From NCBI RefSeq assembly GCF_006345805.1, contig NC_042997.1, positions 2,046,001 through 2,110,000 of the forward strand: a DNA stretch of 64,000 nucleotides. Reading direction: 5' to 3'. Position 1 is the stretch's first letter; each line of letters opens with the position of its first letter. The position numbers were made by a program, and so were the translations under genes. Shown here piece after piece: positions 27,055 to 39,790 of this stretch. A model generated the notes under the pieces. It did not search any database and had not been told where the DNA came from. It saw only the letters and a list, made by a program, of their open reading frames with translations. This stretch comes from Octopus sinensis. Its lineage: Eukaryota.

Positions 27055-27781
27055 GAAAGCGAGAAAGAAGAGAGAGAGAGAGAGAGAAATATCACTATTA
27101 AGTATATAATATATCAATGAATTGGAGAACGTGTGCCTATATCAGCGCTCTTGCATCTGTATACCTATCGGTGCATAATTGCATAATTTAATGAACCACC
27201 ATTTATTTTTCTCCTCTAGTTTACTGAAATAACTTTACGATGTGTAATTATCATCTCTGGGTTTAGAAAAAATATTTACCTTCACATGAAATTGAAAATT
27301 TCACATAGAATTAACTGGTATCTAGAAATGAATAGGAACCTAAATAGAGCGTAACTAACTGAGAAAAATTGCAACAAGTCGAAAGTGAACAGAAATCGAG
27401 AAGTTTGGGAATTATACTTTAGTAAAGATATTTACCCACGGCATGAGTAGATTACTGTAGCTCATTAATGCAAAATCGTCTTTGATCAAGGAGACTATAG
27501 GTAGAATTGAAGAAGGAAATATATATTTACAATAAAGAGTATTAACAAATATCATATCTGATTGCAATCAAGTTCCGAACGCACTAGAACATAATTTGTG
27601 TTTTGAATTTAGTTCACGTAATAATTGTCATATTAGTGGAAAAGGCAATTTAGGCCTTGTCTTATTAATTAGCCGTACAAGTAAATTGCTCTGTAATTAT
27701 CACAATTCCATAAGAACGTTTCCACTAGGAAATAATCATCATCGATATAATATTCATATACATACATACATACATACATAC

Positions 27782-27840
<59 letters not shown>

Positions 27841-27882
27841 ATATATGTATATATATATCCATATATATACACACACATATAC

Positions 27883-27913
<31 letters not shown>

Positions 27914-27922
27914 ATTATATAT

Positions 27923-27971
<49 letters not shown>

Positions 27972-29377
27972 ATATATATATACGAATGTATATGTTCACA
28001 CGAATAAGTGTGTGTGCGTGAATGAAAGAGAAAGAAAAGGTGAATGAATGAGTAGGAAAGAGAGAGAGAAAGTGAGAGGGTCTGTGTGTGTATGTGTGTG
28101 AATCTACGTCTGTGAAATAGAAATATGTGAAGTGTATGCATAATCATCGTAGAATCATGGTGATTATATTTACAGAATGTTATCTCTATAAATTATCATA
28201 CATATATTTACAAGTATAGATATAATCACACATACATCTGTATGTATGTATGTACATGTTGGATACATACAACTATATATATATATCTGTATGTGTGTAT
28301 ATAAACATACATACATACATATATAAATATATATATATATATGTATGTATACACACATACACACAAGATGTTTTGTATACGTACATGTATACAACGTTGT
28401 CATATAATTTGCATGCATGGCTGCATAAAACTATCGAAGATTTTATTTAGTCGATATAATTTTTTCCAGTACTTGATTTGTGCTTTCAATTATCAACTCC
28501 GGATTGTGAAGACAATGTTGACCTTGGCAGTATTTGAACTCGTTATGTGCAGAACTGTATCTAATTGCTATAAAGTTTTTTTGTTTTTTTTTGCCTCATT
28601 CTTGTATTAATTTTGGTAATCGAATTAAAACATCATTGCAATTTTGTTGTGTAAAATGAGTATTAATTTCAGGTGCACTCTCGATAAAAATTATGTTTTC
28701 CTTAGTACTTGTTCGGTGAAACATATTCATATTCAGAACATAAATGTCATATATAATTAAAAACTAAATTTATTGAAGTTGTGTTGCCATTCAATGTTAG
28801 CATTCAATAAGCACACAACTGATGTGTATCAAGCAATATTAGGTCACAAAATTTTGCCGAAGGCTCTCTCCCAGGTACCATGATGTCGGTAGGCACGTCT
28901 GTCAGTCAAGAGGACAAGATCTCGGCATAAGATTTTAGCAGAGGTATTCTGACTGTAAATATATATTTGCATGCATTGTGAATCCTATTTGGCCCTATAG
29001 ATATACCAGACAAATACATCATAACCCATAAGTGCGTGACTTAGTAACCTCTTATCAAGATGGATAGTGCATGCGCTGGCAGCTGAAGCCAGTTAATTTT
29101 TCCTTCATGTCGAGTAGCCAATCTCGCTCAAATGGTCACTGAATAAGGGTTGAATAAATGTGATGAGCAAAAAACGCCCATATTTCCAGAGATACGTTAT
29201 TCAAGCACATGGCCGTGATGCACTCCAAGCTGATGCAAGTCAAGTAACCGACTAGCAAATCTGTCGTATAGAGCACAATATTTGCTGTAGTCCATTTTTT
29301 ATACTGAGACAAAACACATGCATGATAGCACTTCCAAACAGTTAAGATCAGAAGAGAATGAGATACTATTATTATTG

Positions 29378-29560
29378 TTAAGGCAGCGATCTGGCAGAAT
29401 CATTTGCACTCAGGACAAGATGTTTAGTGGCATTTCGTCTCTATTTTTATTTACATTCTGGGTTCAAATATCGCCGAGGTCCACTGTGCCTTTCCTATTT
29501 TCTGAGTCGACAAATTAAGAAAAATTGAAATGTTGGCGTCAACGTAATAGACTAATCCAC
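29378..29560 (+). mobile_element. SINE family B
   Basis: aggcagcgatctggcagaatcatt..ttctgggttcaaatatcgccgaggtc. Confidence 0.7.
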
Positions 29561-29633
29561 TCCAACTAAATTTTAGTCTTTGTACCTTTCGTAGCATTAT
29601 TATTAGTAAGGCTGCATAGAGTATTATTATTGG

Positions 29634-29830
29634 TAAAGCATCGTGCTGGCAGAATCATTAGCACGTCGGACAAACTGCCTAGCAATATTTCGTCCATCTT
29701 TACGTTGAGTTCAAATTTCGCTGAGGTCGATTTTGTATTTCGTCTTTTCGGGATCGATAAATTAAATTGAGAACTGGGGTCGATGCAATTGACTACCCCT
29801 ACACCAAATTTAGGGCCTTGTGCCTATAGT
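29634..29830 (+). mobile_element. SINE family B
   Basis: gctggcagaatcattagcacg..gagttcaaatttcgctgaggtcga..ggggtcgatgcaattgact. Confidence 0.75.
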
Positions 29831-29849
29831 AGAAAGGATTATTATTGTT

Positions 29850-30040
29850 AGTACGTCGGGGAAAATGCGTGCGGCATTTCGTCTGTCTTTACCATCAGAA
29901 TTTAACTATTTCACCGTGGTTGACTTCACCTTTCATCCTTTCGGGATCGAGAAATTAAATACCAGTGAAATTTGGAGACGATGTAATCGATTAGTCCCCT
30001 CCCAACAAATGTCAGACCTTGTGCTTTTAGCAGCAAGAAT
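29850..30040 (+). mobile_element. SINE family B
   Basis: gggaaaatgcgtgcggcatttcgtc..cctttcatcctttcgggatcgagaaattaaatacc. Confidence 0.7.
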
Positions 30041-30659
30041 TATCATTGCTAGTGGTACCTGCGGAAATTCTACAAAACCAAAAATATTAAATGAAACAAT
30101 TGAAGAAAGAATGGAAGGTTTACATTTTTTTATATTTTGCTATTTGACTTTCATTCCCAATAATATAATATATTTTAAAAGTTCCATCTACTAAGCACTA
30201 GATATCTATCACTTTTTCTCGATATCTTCAACAGTTATTTTAACCAAGTAATTCCTATCTTCAAGTTATTAACATTTCTCTCTTCCTCTTCACTTTTCAC
30301 TTCCGTTAACGCTTTTTGTCCCTTTCTCTCTCTTCCTTTCTCACTCTTTCTCTCTGTGCGTCTCACCTGCCCATTGCTCTTTGCATTTTCTTTCACCTAA
30401 CAACCAGAATATTACATTCTTCAAAATATTATATCGTAAACAAATTTCCTTTTCTTTCCCTATCCCTTCCCACCCTACAAGAAGTTCCGCCGAGATCAAC
30501 ATTTTATCAGTTTCGGGCTCAATGAAATAAGTACGAGTTGAGTAGAGGTATTGATGTAATCGTCTTATCACGTAACCCGAAATTGCTCGCCTTGTGCCAA
30601 AATTAGAAGTCGTTACTATTATAATTAATTATGCCTATCATCATCATCATCATCATTAA

Positions 30660-30860
30660 AATGGCGCCGCGCTGTCAAAATCGTTAGCACGCTGGTTGAT
30701 TTGCTTTACGGTACTTTGCCCGTCGCTACGTTCTGAGTTTAAATCCCGTCGAGGTCGACTTTGATATTCATTATTCCGGGGTCGATAAATTAAGTACTAC
30801 TTGAGTACTGGGTCGATGTAATCAACTTAATCCCCTCCCCAAGATGCCCTTGAGTCAAAA
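30660..30860 (+). mobile_element. SINE family B
   Basis: ggcgccgcgctgtcaaaatcgttagcacg..gttctgagtttaaatcccgtcgaggtcgacttt..ggggtcgataaattaagtac. Confidence 0.75.
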
Positions 30861-30875
30861 TTATTATTATTATTA

Positions 30876-30917
<42 letters not shown>

Positions 30918-31563
30918 TATTATTATTACTATTATTATTATTATTATTCAGTAGTTTTATTTTTATAGCGTGCTTTCACTTCACTACCGAGCGCAGCTCT
31001 GTGTGCCTTGGGTATGTGCTGTGATTTGTTGTGATGCTCTGATGGTTATTGTATGGAAAGTGTTCTGCGTAGGATGTGTGCAGTGCCTAGTAGTGCAATT
31101 TTCTGTATGTTATATGTGTTTGTAAGTCCTGGTGTCTTTGTTATGTATTTGTCTGAATATTTTTTTATCATGCCTAATGCACCTACTATGATAGGAATTG
31201 TTTCTGTTTTCAGGTTCCACATTCTAGTTACCTCTATTTCCAGGTCTTTGTATTTTGAGAGTTTCTCCATTTCTTTTAGAGACACGTTGTCATCTGCCGG
31301 TATTGATACATCAATTAGAAAGCATTTTTTTTCTTCATGATCTCTGACAACTATATCTGGTCTGTTGGCCTTAATTTCTCTATCTGTGTTTATCGGCATA
31401 TCCCAGAGTATGGTTGCTTTCTCGTTTTCTGTGACCTTTTCTGGTGTGTGCCTATACCATCTTTTTTTCTGTTGTTATTCCATAATGTTGGCATAGCTTC
31501 CAATGTATGTAGGTTCCAACTCTGTCATGTCTGTGAATATATTCCTTCTTAGGCAGGACTGGG
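30861..31563 (-). mobile_element. R4/Dong-clade non-LTR retrotransposon, young 5'-truncated copy with (AAT)n tail
   Basis: RHDRVGTYIHWKLC, then ORF 31046..31399 with restriction-like endonuclease ANRPDIVVRD...LIDVSIP...EKLSKY...PIIVGALG...LGTAHILRRTL, then 3'UTR and (AAT)n. Flanked by (AAT)n on both sides. Confidence 0.92.
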
Positions 31564-31564
31564 C

Positions 31565-31640
<76 letters not shown>

Positions 31641-31679
31641 TAGCTTTATTTTTATAGCGTGCTTTCACTTCACTACCGA
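31564..31679 (-). mobile_element. extreme 3' stub (~45 bp) of the same Dong family plus (AAT)n tail
   Basis: cagtagctttatttttatagcgtgctttcacttcactaccga matches 30949-30990 with one substitution. Confidence 0.85.
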
Positions 31680-31983
31680 TGGATCGTACTGGTCCACGGA
31701 TGTTTACATGTGTTGTGTTAGAGGTGGAGATGATATCGAGTTAAACTACATCATTTCGTTTCGAAAATAGTAATAAATTTCAATGAGTATTACTTACTCG
31801 GATATAGTCCTATCCTTTGTTAGTAAATTTTTGTCTCCATACGATGTCTTTGTTTTCGATGTTTGTGGATAGATTTCGGAGCACTGTTTTATCGTTCTTA
31901 CATCTTAAACGTCCCCGGTGTTCTCCCATAAAAGTCCCCGGTTTTCTCCCCTAAAACCTCTCCGGTGTTCTCCATTATTATTA

Positions 31984-32049
<66 letters not shown>

Positions 32050-32149
32050 GTGTTAATATTATTATTGCTATTTGATTATTTTGCTGGAAGTCTCATCTGG
32101 AAAGTGTCAGCTGTCCACAGCCAGCAGACTAAGTTGACATTCGTTGACA

Positions 32150-33205
32150 CTCCATGAAGACATAAAGGTAACTACAGAAATAATAAAAAAAAGCAGTTAA
32201 GAAAATTCCCAAAATGGAAGTCCCCAGGACTGGGAGGAACGGAAGGTGTCCAAAGTTGGTGAATGAAGAAAATGTAAAGCATCCACGAAGGACTTCAAAA
32301 CAGCTAGATGTGTGCTTGCAGGGAGGCACAGTGCCCATTTGGGTGGCAAAGGGAAAAACATTGTTATGGTTTGAAGACCGAAATGTTGCATCAAATTTTA
32401 GACCAATAACACGCCTTCTGCTAATGTAGAAACTAACGCTAGTTACTTAGGCAGGTGAACGGTGTAGATACTTGGAAAAAGTGGGCTTCTCGCCAATCAA
32501 CAGAAAGGGTGCCGGAAAAGGATCCGGGGAACGAAATATCAGCTCTTAATTGATAATGTAATTATCAAATCTGCAAGAGAAGGCATTCAAGCCTGAACAT
32601 GGCATGGATTGAGTATTGCAAAGCATACGATAGAATCCCATACTTCAGGATTATAAGAACAATGGAAATGTAACGGCGTAGCAGGGAATGGAGTGGCATG
32701 AAATGTTGGACAACAGAATTGACACCAAGGAGGCAAGTATAGCGAGAGGGAAAAATCAAAAGCGGTATCATCCAGGGGATATTCGTGCTGGGAATAATAC
32801 TTTATAGTGAAATACTACAGAAAACAAAGTTGGTTATTATCTGGGAAGAGGTAACGGAAAACCAAACTACTTGTTATTCATAAAGAACCTGAAAGCTATG
32901 CAGAAAAATTGAAGCGAAACTGGACTTCCTAGTCCAGTCTCATTTGCTGATGAAAATAACCCTAATGAGAGAGACCGGGAGCACTATACTGGCAGCGAAA
33001 GGCCAAACTTTGACCAAGAACAGGAAGGTGGACCTTAGGAATGAACATGTCTCCACAACAGAGTGGATAAAAACATTGTCCATATCACGAACGAATGCCC
33101 TAGACCATCCCAAAGCCAGTACAGGTAGTGGTGCCATGATCAAGTAGCTAAACTACTACATTGAAAACTGTGCGAAAAGTCAAGACGTGGCATGAGAACA
33201 AACCG
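32150..33205 (+). mobile_element. old R4/Dong LINE fragment (RT and C-terminal pieces, internally deleted)
   Basis: Degenerate WKSPG, SNFRPITRL, NQQKGCRKRIRGTKYQLLIDN, MAWI.Y.KAYD, IIQGD, HDQVAKLLH.KLC and WHENKP motifs with stops and frameshifts. Confidence 0.8.
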
Positions 33206-33469
33206 CATAGTAGGTGCATTAGTCATGATAAAAAAATATTCAGACAAATACATAACAAAAACACCAGGACTTACAAACACATATAACATACAGAAAATTG
33301 CACTACTAGGCACTGCACACATCCTACGCAGAACACTTTCCATACAATAACCATCAGAGCATCACAACAAATCACAGCACATACCCAAGGCACACAGAGC
33401 TGTGCTCGGTAGTGAAGTGAAAGCACGCTATAAAAATAAAACTACTGAATAACAATAATAATAATAATA

Positions 33470-33530
<61 letters not shown>
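33206..33530 (+). mobile_element. young Dong 3' fragment with (AAT)n tail
   Basis: Near-identical (about 3 substitutions in ~245 bp by eye) to the reverse complement of 30949-31195. Confidence 0.9.
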
Positions 33531-33531
<1 letters not shown>

Positions 33532-33589
33532 GAAGAAGGAGAAGATGATGATGATGATGAAGAAGAACAAAAACGTTTTTTTTTTTAAA

Positions 33590-34680
33590 AATATTTTCTG
33601 TAGTTGCCTTTACTTCTTCTTGGACTGCTGTATTTCTTAAAATATCTTGGATATAATGAGGCCATTCCGCTTTATCATTATGTTCTACAGGTTGGTCCCA
33701 TATTCCTCGTCAGAATGCCTTACTGTTCCCAGCATCTGGTATCATTGTTACGTGCCATTGCCTATTTTGTTCCTGAAACATGTTCTGATTTGCTAACAAT
33801 CTATGTTACCTGAATTGCTTTCTTCTATTTTCATATCTTCCCAGCTTTGCTTTGGTTGCTACTACTCTTTGTTTCAGTTCTTTCAATATCACATCCTAAC
33901 CTTTATCTCTTGTTCTGTATGTTCCTTCCAGCATTATTGTTATGCTTTCGTCCTGCAATCCCCCTCTTCTCAGTCTATCAAATTGTCCTAAATGTCTTTT
34001 TATCTTTGTTTCTCACAAATTCGTCTGCGACAACATGTTTCTTTACGTTCTAACCATTCCTTAATTTATATCCAACTCTATCTGCAGCAACCATAGCTGC
34101 AGTCCAAATAATCTTGTTAGTTTCTTTTATACTTCTCGTCTGGTGTAGCCAATAAGCAAATCTGTATTTTCGATTTTAACTTTGAGCTTGCGTCGATCGA
34201 TGTACCTCAGGTTAGTGGGGTGGTACTGCGTCCCCATTATCTCTTAATGGCCATGATCGTATTCTTGTGATATAACTCGTCCTATTAATTCTGCTTCATT
34301 TGTTCAGGATGCATTTACATTTTCACTTTGCTCTACTTATTCACTGCAACCTTCCGTTTTTCTGTTCTCACTGGGAGCGTTGTCTGTAGGTGAATTGTTA
34401 TTTCTATCTTTAACATTCCTTTTGATCTCTTCTATATCCATGTCTGTTAACCACCCTTTTACACTTATTGCTCTTGCTTGACCGGCTAACCTTTGCTCAC
34501 TGTTTCAAAGAGTCCTATCTCATTCCATTTTGCTTTCATTCGTTGTCAGAATCCCCCTCGTTAGGTTCACTCCTGATCCAGTATACAGTTAACGTTCGGT
34601 TTAGCTCCTTACCGCACATTTCCGGCCGACAGGCTTTCACCTTTGGTTCCAGCCTCATTAATACCATTATTTGATTGGCC
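33590..34680 (-). mobile_element. old R4/Dong LINE N-terminal region remnant
   Basis: Minus-strand translation includes PDAGNSKAF*RGIWDQPVEHNDKAEW, matching the Dong/R4 pre-RT motif (P..E....FW..IW..P..HN..A.W). Many stops. Confidence 0.6.
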
Positions 34681-34712
34681 ATCGAATCTTCTATGTTCCT
34701 CTGCCCTTTGAC

Positions 34713-34792
34713 TATGTATGTATGTATGTATGTATGTATGTATGTATGTATGTATGTATGTATGTATGTATGTATGTATGTATGTACGTATG

Positions 34793-34826
<34 letters not shown>

Positions 34827-34860
34827 TGCATTTATGTATGCATGTATGTATGTATGTATG
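34713..34860. repeat. (TATG)n microsatellite
   Basis: Directly visible. Confidence 0.95.
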
Positions 34861-34866
34861 TGTGCA

Positions 34867-35499
34867 TCTATATATCTATATGATCATGCAAACAGGTATT
34901 CCGATAATGGTGTTAAGAAACCGTGATGCATACAGGCTCTGCCATGGAACAAGGTCGGTTCTTAAAACAGTCATGATCCATGTATTGAAAGCAACAATAA
35001 TTTCAGGCAACGTAATGTGTGAGAATATATCATTTCAAGAGTCCTCCTGCTTTAAATTTAAGAGACTGCAGTTACCTGTTAAGCTGAGATTTGCAATGAC
35101 TATCAACAAAGCACAATATCAGTCTCTAAACCTAACTCAGTGCCTGACCCTAGAGGTGTTGGGATGTAACTTCCTTCAACCATACCTTACCAACATTATC
35201 AGCTGTATGCTGGATGTTCTAAAGCTGGAGATGAAAAGAACCTCTACATTCTCAGTGATAAACAAGGCAAGTCAGAAGCCAAAGCATATGAAGTAGCACT
35301 TACATGAATAATATGTGCATGTAATGTGGAGAGGTGAAAAACTATTGAGTATTAAAAGTAAGAAATACACTAAATCTTACACTATAAGTAAACAGTACTG
35401 TGTTAAGGCTATGAGTGAAACCGGGTCCCTCATATTTATTGTTTAGTCATCTGAATAAAAAACAGCACCAGCCCGGGCAACGCTAGATAATTCAGCTAG
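34867..35499 (+). mobile_element. internally deleted Helitron retaining the PIF1-helicase C-terminus and both termini
   Basis: A|TC start at 34866/67. GIPIMVLRN..RLCHGTR..FKRLQLPVKLRFAMTINKAQ.QSL, then frameshifted HYQLYAGCSKAGDEKNLYIL. Degraded GC hairpin gcccgggcaacgc followed by CTAG|T at 35496-35500. Confidence 0.85.
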
Positions 35500-35529
35500 T
35501 TAATATATATCTGGCACTCAGTCGATTAT

Positions 35530-35816
35530 GATGTCGAGGGATCTAATTGTTCCACTCACTGGAACAGCGCTCGTGGAATATGCGTGGAAATGGCTGCCCT
35601 TAACGTAGTTCTCATGGAGATTCGGTGTGACACAGGATGTGAAACGTTTGTCTCTTTAAAATACAGGTATGACTCATTTTTGTTAGCTGAGCGGACTGGA
35701 GGATCTTGTAATAGAGTTTTTGCTTTTACTCAAGGAAAACTACGCCCCGCGTGAAAATCGAGCTCGCACGCTACCTTAAGATTGTTAGCTGAATATCCTA
35801 ATCACTGAGCTCGCGC
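35530..35816 (-). mobile_element. tRNA-derived SINE, third family
   Basis: Reverse complement begins gcgcgagctcagtgattagg (A-box like) ..gagctcgattt, then ttccttgagtaaa, ctccagtccgctcagct..aaaaatgagt and gagaactacgttaaggg. Confidence 0.6.
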
Positions 35817-35876
35817 TATGACAACACACACGCATACACACACACACACACACACACTCACGTACACATATGTCTG

Positions 35877-35909
<33 letters not shown>

Positions 35910-35948
<39 letters not shown>

Positions 35949-37231
35949 TGCGCGCGCATGTAAAAAAGAACAATATAAAACGTAAATCAGATGAAAAATT
36001 TTACATCGTCTGATTCTGAAGTACTATTTATGAAGTTCGACACATACTACTATAATTTTCTATTCGTAATCTTTAAAATAAAACAGAATGTAGGATAAAT
36101 TTCTGTAGTATGAACCAGATGAATGGAAAGTAATATTAATAAACCACATCTTTTTCCTAAAAGTTATAGATGGATTAACTTTGCTTAACGCTGCACTCCC
36201 CAGGTGCTGGTGTATATCTTACCTACAATAATTGTGTGTGATTGCGACATGTTATGCTTCTAGACTTTCGGTGACTTCTGGTTATCATACATCTATTCAT
36301 TCAGATCATCTAGATTTCTTATTTAAAGAAAAAATATCGTGACGATTAGCTGTGTAAGAAGCTCGAAATAGGTTTTCTTATTAGGTTCAATGCTCTCGAT
36401 CCCATGTTGTACGTAATTGTACTTCAGATATGTACGTGTTCACATTGGTTTGCATTAAGTATAGCAGATAACAGTTTAATTCAAATGCATACTGATATTC
36501 AATGTGACGTTTTACTTCAGACCTAAAGTATAAATAATCAAATAAACAGTGTGAACTCCGTTCTTCTGAATTAAAGGAAATAAGATAACTATCTGAGTAA
36601 GAATCACTCTTTATTTACTTTCTGTCAGATATTTATTTGTTGAATACTTGTAATTTCTTTTTGCCAAACACAAAATGTTAATTGCAATGACAAGAAATCT
36701 ATGCTATTGAGTAAGCTTATCTTGTGGTGTTCTAAAAATATGTAGTTTCCTTTCCTCTTCATGAAAGACTTCAGCAGATTATCCAGTAAGGATAATCTAC
36801 GCATATAAATATTATTTGAAATTTTGGAAGAAATCGGATGTTTGATTCCAGATTTATTGACTGTTGTTTAAGATAAAATAATTGAAACACTAATACGTAA
36901 AAAAGTGACTTTCTTATATTAAAATGTATTGAAATTTTATTTGCCGTCAGATATTCATACATATGGAATTCATGAATATGCTCACAATACACTAATATTT
37001 CTTTTGCTTAATATTACAACTAAGTGCTTATATTTGATTCTTGTACTTTCACATTTAAATAATGTCCATACATTGTTATCTTTCTGTCTTTAGACAATTT
37101 CAACAACATCAATATTATATTTTATCTCGAAATGTACATAAAACTCACTTAATGTTTAGAATTAATTGTATATGATTCCAGTCAGATAGGCGAAGTTCTT
37201 TAAGACACACATCGTATTTGCAGCTGCCATC

Positions 37232-37316
<85 letters not shown>

Positions 37317-38597
37317 TGCGCGCGCATGTAAAAAAGAACAATATAAAACGTAATCAGATGAAAAATTTTACATCGTCTGATTCTGAAGTACTATTTATGA
37401 AGTTCGACACATACTACTATAATTTTCTATTCGTAATCTTTAAAATAAAACAGAATGTAGGATAAATTTCTGTAGTATGAACCAGATGAATGGAAAGTAA
37501 TATTAATAAACCACATCTTTTTCCTAAAAGTTATAGATGGATTAACTTTGCTTAACGCTGCACTCCCCAGGTGCTGGTGTATATCTTACCTACAATAATT
37601 GTGTGTGATTGCGACATGTTATGCTTCTAGACTTTCGGTGACTTCTGGTTATCATACATCTATTCATTCAGATCATCTAGATTTCTTATTTAAAGAAAAA
37701 ATATCGTGACGATTAGCTGTGTAAGAAGCTCGAAATAGGTTTTCTTATTAGGTTCAATGCTCTCGATCCCATGTTGTACGTAATTGTACTTCAGATATGT
37801 ACGTGTTCACATTGGTTTGCATTAAGTATAGCAGATAACAGTTTAATTCAAATGCATACTGATATTCAATGTGACGTTTTACTTCAGACCTAAAGTATAA
37901 ATAATCAAATAAACAGTGTGAACTCCGTTCTTCTGAATTAAAGGAAATAAGATAACTATCTGAGTAAGAATCACTCTTTATTTACTTTCTGTCAGATATT
38001 TATTTGTTGAATACTTGTAATTTCTTTTTGCCAAACACAAAATGTTAATTGCAATGACAAGAAATCTATGCTATTGAGTAAGCTTATCTTGTGGTGTTCT
38101 AAAAATATGTAGTTTCCTTTCCTCTTCATGAAAGACTTCAGCAGATTATCCAGTAAGGATAATCTACGCATATAAATATTATTTGAAATTTTGGAAGAAA
38201 TCGGATGTTTGATTCCAGATTTATTGACTGTTGTTTAAGATAAAATAATTGAAACACTAATACGTAAAAAAGTGACTTTCTTATATTAAAATGTATTGAA
38301 ATTTTATTTGCCGTCAGATATTCATACATATGGAATTCATGAATATGCTCACAATACACTAATATTCTTTTGCTTAATATTACAACTAAGTGCTTATATT
38401 TGATTCTTGTACTTTCACATTTAAATAATGTCCATACATTGTTATCTTTCTGTCTTTAGACAATTTCAACAACATCAATATTATATTTTATCTCGAAATG
38501 TACATAAAACTCACTTAATGTTTAGAATTAATTGTATATGATTCCAGTCAGATAGGCGAAGTTCTTTAAGACACACATCGTATTTGCAGCTGCCATC

Positions 38598-38635
<38 letters not shown>
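35910..38635. repeat. direct tandem duplication, unit ~1367 bp, two copies
   Basis: 35943-37240 is repeated at 37311-38607; identical ORFs at 36771 and 38138. Units are bounded by (TA)n/(TG)n tracts. Confidence 0.97.
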
Positions 38636-38638
<3 letters not shown>

Positions 38639-38899
38639 TTCATCGTGTAAATAATTTAAATATTAATATTTCTGCAGGCGATGTACAGTTACAATATATA
38701 ATATAGTTCATATTAGAATCGAAGTAAAAAATGACATGTTTTCCATTTCCGAGCAGTAAAAATTGTTGGTGTTTTTTTCTTTCAAACCAGGTATTACTAT
38801 GTCCCGTTTTAAAGAAAGTAAAAGACTCTTAGCCAACCAATTACTATCCATTTGCTCGAACGCAATGCTATTCACCATGCATGCCATTTACTATAATGT

Positions 38900-39185
38900 C
38901 TCTCACATTCACAATTGTTCTCTTCATCTCTACCCTCAGTTACTAAAATATAGATTCTGGAAACAATCTCCACGGTTTCACATTATTTATGTCACACACC
39001 GTTGGATTCTTCCTTTAGAGACTTTCGACAAAAATTCTGTTCAACACATCACCAAATATCTTCGACTCTAGATCACCTGCAAATCTCCTACCAAAACTTC
39101 CCACCTTACGGCTTCACATATCTCTGATTTCTTGTGTCGGTAACGTTACAACGTACAAATGTGGAGCCTATTGAAGTCGTTCCCC

Positions 39186-39237
<52 letters not shown>

Positions 39238-39790
39238 GAGTTAAATACGTTGTACGGCTGGGTATTGTTCTGTCCCCTACTCTCTTTCAGTTATACACAA
39301 ATGATTATATTACACACCATTCAAAAACACCGACCCTTTTGCAAATGACAGAACCATTCACAAAAAGTGTATTACACAAAAACGCAGGCACTTCAAGTCT
39401 AGTTTTCTTTTATGCCATAAACTGATAGCTTGATTCTAACATTACTGATTATAACTGCAAAATAAAAAAAAATTAAAAATCACCATACCAAGAAAACACA
39501 TGCACTTCACATTCGTCTTTAAACATGAATGGCACTCACCTAAAGAAACTTGCAATTCTGAAAATTATGTCTTCTGACGAAAGTACATTGCTAGAACAGC
39601 ATTCCAAACAATCATTTTCCATTAATCCCATACGCTACATCAGATCCAACGGCTGTTGACACAATGTAGGTTATATTTAGGTTTCAGAATAGAATGTTAC
39701 TGCTACAAGATACACACTGACATGGGAAATAGCATTCAGAATGGTCACTAGGTTCATTGGCACTCCAGCACTCTCGGACACACATAAACC
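38900..39790 (+). mobile_element. ancient LINE reverse transcriptase remnant interrupted by a (CT)n(CA)n tract
   Basis: HISDFLC, VRLGIVLSPTLFQLYTND (RT motif GVPQGSVLSPxLFxLYTND) and FAND (FADD equivalent). Many stops. Confidence 0.65.

Noticed and set aside
31906-31975. Three ~23-bp direct repeats (aaa.gtccccggtgttctcc)
   Set aside because: No unique spacers, so not CRISPR; a short minisatellite of no evident function.
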